Shown one piece after another: positions 55,052 through 64,000 of a stretch of DNA of 64,000 nucleotides. The notes under the pieces are model-generated. The model saw only the letters and a program-made list of their open reading frames with translations. It was not told where the DNA came from and did not search any database. Each line of letters opens with the position of its first letter. The first letter of the stretch is position 1. The position numbers and the translations under genes were made by a program. This DNA comes from Tubulanus polymorphus (Eukaryota > Animalia > Nemertea), in the NCBI RefSeq assembly GCF_964204645.1, contig NC_134030.1:18994210-19058209 (forward strand). The letters are read 5' to 3'.

Positions 55052-56267
55052 AGGACAAAAAACGCGAAATTCAATTTTGATTCACTTAATTAATATCAAT
55101 TTCACTAATTTACTGTGGTTGCTGTTTTCATTCAAAAATGCTTGGTGTGCAAACTTTTTTCTCATTTCACATACGTTTTTAATGGACGCGAATTTAATGA
55201 TTACGACACACAATGTTTAGTGGTTAGAGGGTTTAATCTTAGTTAACTTTTAGGTGGTTAGGTAGAATGTGTTCGTCTTGTCTCGTTTTTATTCCAGGAA
55301 TTGTTCGCTATGACCCTTATGCGCCTCCATACATACAGAATATACATGTATGAAAAAACTGACACGATACACAAACCATACAAATAACAGACTCACAAAT
55401 TAAAACATATTTAGAATTTATTATTATCATTTGAAAATATGATTTCCTTTTAAAAGATTTACATAAAATTCTACTAGGATTACATGAAAAAGCTTGATTT
55501 AATTTGTCGCTTGGAATGTTAAAAATTCCACCATATGAAAAGCTCACCATAATAAGAGCATTTATAATATAAGTTACCTCCACTTGATTCCAATGATAAG
55601 GCAAAATTCCAATAACAATCTTAAAAATAAAATGAATGCATTAAATTTCCTCAAACAGTCATTTAAAAGCAATGAACCCTTTGAAATACTGAATTTTTCA
55701 GACATGTTTATTATACTATACCTCGTGTGTGGATCGGGGAAGTTTGTGCGAAGAATGGGTGTGTGTATTGTGGGTGCTTCACTTAATTTCCTTCATTTGA
55801 TATCGGCACATTTTATACTCGTATTTATATTCATGTATAAATATTATGTTATAAAATGTTTCGATTACTTTGAAAAATAAAGATTATTATTATTGATATT
55901 ATCATTATTATTATTATTCACTGGTTTCGCGGGTATTATTATTCGCGGGTCGACTGAAGTATGATTCACCATACAATCCAACATCTTCCTCAGCGCCTAG
56001 GATTACGCGTGGAGCAGTATTGGATGAGTGCTGCCCCCTAGAGGTGTTAGGTTGCTGCCTGCCGGGGTCTGGTCGCAACATGTTGTCGATTCGTGCGTAG
56101 ATTGTCTCATCTTCACCGATATCCTGAAATAGAATAATGCTTATGATATCCTTTCTAAATGTATGCGGATATCTAGAACCAGTCTGGACCCTGCACCCAC
56201 TCAGCCGGGATGCCCGCAGATTGACGTGGTCGTTCCAGGCTTGTTATAGATTGTTGTTTACGGGGAA

Positions 56268-56913
56268 CATCCTACTGTACGACTAACGCCAATGAGAGCT
56301 TTACCTCCGGGTCGAAGATGTCTGTGAGCGCCTGCTATAAACCGCCCTACTGCTTCGTACCCAGCGTCGACCATACTCAAATCAGGGAAGTGTGATGAGA
56401 CACACTTCACACTCATCACACTTCCCTGCTCAAATCTAGCACCGTTAACTTACTGACATCTTCAGCATCAGTCGGTAGATAGAATAACGGATAATCCCAG
56501 AAAATCAAATCGAGTTTCTCGTCTTCGGCAACACAGTTGAATACATCGGAATATCTTACCTCTCCAGGGACGTTGTAACGATTGAAGTTGTAACGGGTGT
56601 TGTCCAGAGCTCGACGATTTATATCGGTAGCCAAAACATAGCTCAAATTTGTTTTATTGCGTAGATACAACGCTGATACAACCGGTTCCGCATTTCCGCT
56701 ATTTCCAAGAATCTAGCACCGGTTTGAGTTGCTTCTGGTCAATTTTCGACAAATCCCTCGATTCCGTCCATGTAGAAGACGCCTTTGAAATTCACGAATT
56801 TGTGGTCGCAAAGCGTAAACTCGACTTGTCCCCCCCCCCGACTCCGCGATAGCCAGCTGTCGTTTTGTTAAACCCGCTTTGCGATCTTCATATAGCTTCA
56901 GTTTGGCTTCCAT
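56268..56913 (-). pseudogene. Intronless class I SAM-dependent methyltransferase (HemK/PrmC-like), disrupted and 3'-truncated
   Basis: Reconstructed motifs: GVFY, RFLEI..CGTGCIS, VLATDINRRALDNTRYN, VRYSDVF, DLIFWDYP, VDAGYEAVGRFIAGAHRHLRPGGKALIG. Lesions: C10 run at 56830-56839, TGA at 56739-56741, indels around motif I, and a 46-bp insertion. Confidence 0.82.
56383..56428. mobile_element. 46-bp mini-transposon (17-bp perfect TIR, 7-bp TSD) inserted in the methyltransferase
   Basis: CTCAAAT|CAGGGAAGTGTGATGAG-12nt-CTCATCACACTTCCCTG|CTCAAAT. Removing the element and one TSD restores LDLSMVDAGY. Confidence 0.88.
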
Positions 56914-58718
56914 TTCGAGCGATAGTTTTTTTCGACCGTATACAGACGTTTTTAGAAATTGTACAATGATAATTTACAATTATTTTTCATGATTGATAAA
57001 ACCCGTCTCGATCTGCATGAGTGTATAGCATAGTATAGTATAGTATATTTCGCCGAATAGATTGATACACAGATAAGCCTATGTAATTATACTTCAATAT
57101 GATACGAAACAGTATGAACATATCATATCAATCATTGTAGCAATAGATTATGCGAGGAATTAGGCCAAGTTGGCTTAAACTAGTCCAAATCCCTCGTCCA
57201 TTCGCTGCCTCATACCGTATAAACCCTCATGTGCACACGTTACCAGACATTTAGGATACATAGGTTCTTCCACCAGTTCCACCTATTCAACCCGTTCCAC
57301 CTCTTCCACTCATGTCTGAGGTTTCTGATGTCGGTTTCATTGAAGGAGGTGCGTGCACTGTATCTCACGTCCAGAGATACCGCAATCCACTTAGAGAATT
57401 CTCTAAATTAATAATCGCAATCTTTTTTTTAAAATTCTTTTGTAGATGAGAACAGAGAACATGGCGCCACGACTGATCGCGTTTATGTTGAGGTTTGTGT
57501 CAAACCAGGCTAGAACTACTCATTCCCCCGTAAACAACAATCTATAACAAGCCTGGAACGACCACGTCAATCAGCGGGCATCCCGGCTGAGTGGGTGCAG
57601 GGTCCAGACTGGTTCTAGATATCCGCATACATTTAGAAAGGATATAATAAGCATTATTCTATTTCAGGATATCGGTGAAGATGGGGCAATCTACGCACGA
57701 ATCGACAATATGTCGCGACCAGACCCCGGCAGGCTGCAACCTAGCACCTATAGGGGGCGGCACTCATCCAATCTGCTCCACGCGTAATCCTAGGCGCTGA
57801 GGAAGATGTTGGATTGTATGGTGAATCATACTTCAGTCGACCCGCGAATAATAATACCCGCGAAACCAGTGAATAATAATAATAATGATAAGATCAATAA
57901 TAATAATCTTTATTTTTCAAAGAAATCGAAACAGTTTATAACATAATATTCATACATGAATATAAATACGAGTATAAAATGTGCCGATATCAAATGAAGG
58001 AAATTAAGTGAAGCACCCACAATACACACACCCATTCTTCGCGCAAACTTCCCCAATCCACACACGAGATATAGTATAGTAAACATGTCTGAAAAATTCA
58101 GTATTTCAAGAGTTCATTTTTAAATGACTGTACGAGGGAATTAAATGCCGTGTTCGATTTTTAAGGTTGCTATTGGAATTTTGCCATATCACTGGAATCA
58201 AGTGGAGGTAACTTATATCATAATGCTTTTATTGTGGTGAACTTTTCATATTTTGGAATTTTTAACATTCCAAGCGATAAAATAAATCCAGCATTTTCAT
58301 GTAATCCTAGTAGAATTTTATGTAAATTTTTTAAAAGGAAATCATATTTTCAAATGATAACAATAAATTCCAGATAAGTTTTAATTTGTGAGTCTGTTAT
58401 TTGTATGGTTTGTCCATCGTGTCAGTTTTTTTTCATGTATATTCTGTATGCTTAGGGTCATAGCGAACGATTCTTGGAATAAAAACGAGACAAGACGAAC
58501 ACATTCTACCTAACGACGTAAAAGTTAACTAAGATTAAACCCTGTAACCACTAAACATTGTGTGTCGTAATCATTAAATTCGCGTCCATTAAAAACGTTT
58601 GTGAGATGAGAAAAAGGTCCGCACACCAAGCATTTTTGAATGAAAACAGCAACCACAGTAAATTAGTGAAATTGTTATTAATTAAGTGAATCAAAATTGA
58701 ATTTCGCGTTTTTGTCCT

Positions 58719-61700
58719 TCATCGTTCACTGATAATTAGATCGAATGGTTTCGACCTGCAGAAAAACGGGTTGTCTTCGAAATCAGAAGTTAGCGGTGAC
58801 GTTTTCATGGGACTGGCGTCCGGAAATCGAATACTGAACTTCTGCATCAGGCTCGTATAAAAGAGAAACACGTGTTGTCTGGCGGCGTTTTCACCGATGC
58901 ACGATCTACGGCCGGCGCCAAACGGTAACCACGATTTAGGGCGAGCTACCAACTTCCCATCAGCGTGAATGAACCGTTCGGGTTTGAACGATTCCGGGTC
59001 GTCCCAGACCCGGCTGTCTTGGTGGCAAGCGTAGAGGTTCGCCCAAACTTGACTATCTTTAGGAATGTCAAAACCGTCTGCAAATAGACAGAAATGATCC
59101 CGAATCAGCATCACATAATACTTATATATTATGATGTTGAATAATATCACATTAATCTAATCAAGACTTAGCTGGTCCAACGTTTGTGTAGCTTCAATCG
59201 GGTTTAATTTGACAAGTTCCACAGTAATGTGTGTTTACTTCCAATTAGACAGTTATATGAAATGGATTTTTTTTGAAACGTGTTACGTTGTTCACAGTTA
59301 TGTAGGTTTAAATAGTCTTTGGACCCAGTTCCAGTTTAATTTGACTCCGGATCCAAGTCTACACTGACTTATGCCGTGTTCAACTGTCGATTTGGGCCTC
59401 AGATTCACAATTAGTTTAATTTGACGTCTACATATCCAGTTCCACGGTTATGAAAGGTTTAATTTGACTCATCACCTAGTCCACGAATCCTCACCCGTCC
59501 TTGGATTCGAACCCGCTAAGCTAAATCTGTTCTCCGAACCCATTGACCTCACGAGTCGTTGGAGTCGTTACTAGCCGACCAGAATCCGGTCGTACCAATC
59601 ACAGCGATTGTAACAAACGGCGTTAGGCTACTGTTGGAATTTCCGTTAAATGGACCAATCAGCGAACGTTTCACCGAACAAATAAATATTTCGCAAATCG
59701 ATATATGACGTCATGTGCAACAGCACTAGTAATGAAATCACGCTTCGTGGGGCCAGGGGCTGTGGCGGAAGCGAGTTCTCGGGGAGCGATACCGGACCCC
59801 TGGCAAGCGAGGATGTAGTCCACGTGACCTAGTTTTACATATGTGAGGGAACAATGTGTCGCTAGATCCGATGTACGAAGAAACTAGACGGAAACTAGAC
59901 GGACATTGCTTGCGTTTCATCTTACCTAGTTGTACGTCGCACGCGGCTGAATGTACGCTAAAAGGTGCAGCAGGACTCAACCTCATCGCTTCATACATCA
60001 CTGCTTCGCAATAGACTAATTGCTGTTTATCGGCCATTTTCAAGCGTCGTGCTCCTGTTGACAAGATATAGGAAACCAGATGTAGAATACTAGCTTAACT
60101 AAACTAAAGTACGTATATTATTAGCGAAATTTCATACCGATATGTTCATCAAGTTCGGCGTGAATCTTCTTCTGTACCTCGGGATATTTTGCCAGAAAAT
60201 ACATGATCCAGTTTAACGATTGGCTAGGACTGTCAATCCCAGCTTAAAAAAAAAACACGAAACTGTGAACATGTGGGCTCCATTCAGAGATAATACACAT
60301 CAAGCGCTGTACGGAAGCGATAAAGGGCCTCGAGATTTCGCGTTCCAACTCGACGACAAGTCGCTATATTTATGTCGACATACCGCGATATATCGCGTCA
60401 AGTCGATATGAATATGTCGACATATCGTGACGTTTTGACGACGTATTTCGTTTTCACGACCATTTTCCTCGCGACAAGTCGACATATTCATGACGACTTG
60501 TAACTCAGTCGTCATATTACTGGTGTCCTCATCTTACATTCAGACATGTCTTCAGATGACGGCTTGTCCCGTGGAAAATGGGCAAAAAAGCGAGATATGT
60601 CGTGAAAACGTCACGATATGTCGACATATTTATGTATATATCGCGATATATCGACATAAATATGGCGACTTGTCGAGTTTGAACGTGACAACTCGAGGCC
60701 CTTTATCGCTTCCGTATTTGGGGACTTAATGAACAACCCGTTTCACTCACAACCGAGAAATGGCGGGTGCGAATCACCCGGTGAACTTACTAATCCAAAA
60801 AGTCGTTGACAGTTCCCAGGAAACGTCGAAGCAGACCCGAACCAAAGTTTAAGCACGGGACAAAGTGATTGCGTTTGAATTGCAATTATTTCTGGAAGTG
60901 ACACACTTTGTTTGAGCATTGTTCAGCATCGAGTGAGCGGTTTGTGTTTGAGCGCGCTCAGTTATTAGGCGCACTAGGCAAAAGTTGGCTCGAGCCTGAT
61001 CCGTGCCAAATGGGCCCGGGCCAAATCCTCTCCGAGTGGCCGCGGCTAAGGTGACCGATGGAAAATTGACATGTTAATTGAATTGAATGTCGATAGATAA
61101 ATCGTTAATGACGGAATCTACCTGCGAAAATATCGTTGAGAATTTGAACCAGATGTCTATCGCTGAAATCATCTGCTAATTTTGGATCACGATCACGAGT
61201 TCTTTCTCTCGCTTCTATCAAATAATCCGTGATATCCGTTAGATTTTCTGCAAAGAAATAAGAAAACGCTCGAACACAATTTCGGAATTCGAACTTAAAT
61301 TCCATACACATTAATTTCTTTCACTTAGAGAGATAAAAAAATAACATTCAATTGAACACAAATAATAAGGGAAATGCGTATAAAACTGTTCTTTCAGATT
61401 ATATACAATGGAAAATTCAGACTGAAATAATATGGAAAATATTGTAAAGTTTTTTTTTTTGGAAAAGTTATGGCGAAGCCGGAGGGCGAAAAAATAACAC
61501 TTTTTTCAAAAGCCATTTACGGTGGAATTTGGGAGCACGATCTGTACTCCAGGATCCACAGTTCCGCAGTTGTTAGTTAACATTTGACCCAGAGTTAAAT
61601 CATTGAAAATGCGCTGATTTAAACTTAAGTTGATTTTAACTCAGAACTGTTGAACTGGATGCAGGGGTCATTTTCCCCAAAGCTGGTCGAAGATAACCGG

Positions 61701-63517
61701 CGGATAAATACCATAGCAACAACGGACTGTAAGTTATCACTACGTCAACTATTCACTGGTTAACTCTACCGAACGTTTTGACCAATTGGCCCCAGATAAT
61801 TGAACATCTGTCTTACCGCGGTTGAAATTCGCAACATGTTCGCAAAAGTTCTTTCTCAAAAAGTCGAGAATGTGGTGAAAATGTTCGATGACCTTCCTAG
61901 TCGACGGTATCTTGTACGGTATATACCTCATCAGAGGTATGACGTCTTCTAGTACGCCCGAATTTCCGAATAGTTCGCTCAACGCCTCCAAAGATCGGTA
62001 TAAATCTTGAAATTCTTTATCATCCGCTTCAAACCTTAGAGAAAAACAAATTTGTGAACCGGTTACGTTCGATGCGTGGTGTGAATCGATAACGAACAGG
62101 AACAAAAACCACATTTATTCAGGATATCATTAGAAATTCATACCTATAATCAGCTGACAAATGCCGTTGTCGTTCTAGTTACCATAATAAGTATTAGTGT
62201 AATTTCTACAGCCATGTCTCTATATATGTATCTGTATGTATTTGTCCATATATGGTAATTTTGTAATCTTTCTGTGCTCTACGCAAATGTCTTTTTGCTG
62301 AGCCAAAATAAAATAAACTTCTCCTAGGCGTAATATGCGATAAGCGAATAGTAGGATAGCTTCGCAGAAAAGGCTGAATTATCTATTCAAGCTACTATAT
62401 ATTTTGTAGCGATAGCTTGTATTCTTCTCAATAGAATCTTATCAACCTCTAAGTACTACCGGTCGTGACGTAAACTGATCTGAATATGAGTTCATGTTCA
62501 ATGCTGTCCCTGACTTAACTGTTCTTAATTGAGGCTACATAATAATCATTTCGAGGGTCAAGTCTCTTAGGTCGTGGTGTTCCAGCAATCATATTCAGCA
62601 GTTAAATTATGCTCGATATGAATTTTGCATATTTATTGTGAAAATATATCTATACAATCATGAATATTATTACTCAAAATCTTCGACGCATTTAAGTTGT
62701 TGATTACTTATTTATGTGAATGTAACAGCACTAAATTTTTCTTCAAAAGTTTTCTAAAGTTTTCTCCTTTTTAATTGAATATCTGGGCATCATTTTTGTC
62801 GTTATGTAATAAGCTCTGTATATATCAAATTCAATTTTGTATAATCTACCTTGATAATCTGATTATTTTAGTAAATCGATACTACATGTAGACTCTCCTG
62901 TTTTTGAACTACGAGATTAAGATCACATCACATTTGACTTGGTGAGTAGAAACCTACTTCACTTGAAATTTGGTCATTGAATGGAGTAAATGATTAGGCA
63001 AAATAAGTTCATTTTCAATTATTTTTGAACAGGACGTTAAGGCTCATATGGCAATGTTTTCAAACAAGTCATCAAGATATCATATTAGGTACAAGTTTAC
63101 CTTTCCCGAAGAACATTATGGTACAGTTGATTAACTAATTTAAAAAGTGGATTCTAATTCAAGTGACATGTAGAAGAAATTGAAGCGCGGTGACCGAGCA
63201 ACCACTAGCGAAACTGGTGGATCCTCGCCTGCCATACGTGGAATCCTCGATTGCCACAGTAGCGGTGCCGTTGCCACATTAAGGCAAAAATCAAGCAAAT
63301 ACAAAAAGCGTTCTTTATGTGCGACGTTTTGTGAATATATTTGTGCATAGCAGTAGCGGCTTACTGTTTGTTTAGCATCATGTCGCAGATGACGTTGAAA
63401 ACCATCAGGTACAACGTCGACTTCAAATCAAAGGGTTTGTCCAGATTTCTACGAACGACCTCAATACCTTTATCCGTGGCTGAATGAACCTTACTGTCGG
63501 ACAGCGCCAACGAATTC
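58719..63517 (-). CDS. Cytochrome P450 paralogue (exons 5-10; exons 1-4 expected beyond the right edge)
   Basis: Exons 63517-63365, 62034-61817, 61247-61122, 60242-60138, 60054-59926 and 59077-58719. Exon lengths match the + strand copy, splice sites are intact and there are no stops. Confidence 0.94.
60310..60716. mobile_element. TA-flanked MITE with 25-bp perfect inverted ends
   Basis: TACGGAAGCGATAAAGGGCCTCGAG ... CTCGAGGCCCTTTATCGCTTCCGTA, with internal ATGTCGACAT repeats. A related but different sequence occupies the same intron site in the other P450 copy (~53305-53485). Confidence 0.82.
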
Positions 63518-64000
63518 CTGCAGTGTTGAAATATGGCCAAGTTTTAGACACGTTGTATATCTTCCTGGTGTTATAATAAGCAATCTCTAATATTTAAAAA
63601 AAGATATGGATAGAAATCATTATGTATTCCAATGATATATAGAATTAGGCTTTGTTCAGAAATGCATAATTGGCATGTTTTAGTTAATGTGAATAATATT
63701 TCTATTTGATTTAAAACCCGTTAGACCGCAGAATGTCCGTCGACGTTCAACTTGTATCTCCGCAGAACGTCCGCTGTATTATAGCGCCACCTATAGTTTG
63801 AGGGGGTCAAAGGTCAAACTTTTCACCAATGATTGACCAAATCTATACAGCGATAGAGAATCTGTATAATTATCTAGTTCAAAATAACCAATGGTTGTAA
63901 TGCATCAGTAGTTTTCACACCGCATCTCTACTAATCTTTATATGCAAATTCAATTGGCTAATTAAGCGTTTGTTGTTCAGGAACATGAAGTCGCGGTGTC

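Larger units (their letters stand above)
50939..64000. repeat. Large inverted segmental duplication: arms <=50939-~56266 and ~57524->64000, spacer ~1.26 kb
   Basis: Exons, introns and 3' flanks align as reverse complements. The last 20 nt of the window match 50939-50958, and the inner ends match (TTGTTGTTTACGGGG / CCCCGTAAACAACAA). Confidence 0.95.

Overview
AT-rich animal genomic DNA with spliceosomal introns and dense repeats. The gene families present suggest a marine invertebrate bilaterian, probably a lophotrochozoan (inference only). Left to right: (1) the 5' end of a rhodopsin-class peptide GPCR running off the left edge; (2) a near full-length CR1/L2-group LINE with an intact ORF1 (three CCHC knuckles plus SGNH esterase) and a broken ORF2; (3) a complete 16-coding-exon lipoxygenase (672 aa) with a GC-AG intron and Ala at the Coffa site; (4) a GPCR relic; (5) a 2-exon Methuselah/adhesion-type GPCR; (6) a 3-exon secreted peptide with a sea-anemone NaTx/BDS-type CxC-C-C-CC framework; (7) an 8-exon type I membrane protein with an extracellular PLAT domain and tandem cytoplasmic YMNM motifs; (8) a GRL101-type LGR pseudogene; (9) two clan-2 cytochrome P450 genes, tail to tail in a large inverted duplication, whose spacer holds a decayed intronless HemK/PrmC-like methyltransferase. 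Many MITEs, minisatellites and LINE relics lie between them. The best novelty candidates are the PLAT-TM-(YMNM)n receptor, the anemone-toxin-like peptide, and a possible lipid/chemical-defence neighbourhood (LOX, non-canonical P450 pair, methyltransferase). All gene models were built by hand from splice signals and phase arithmetic; no database searches were run.
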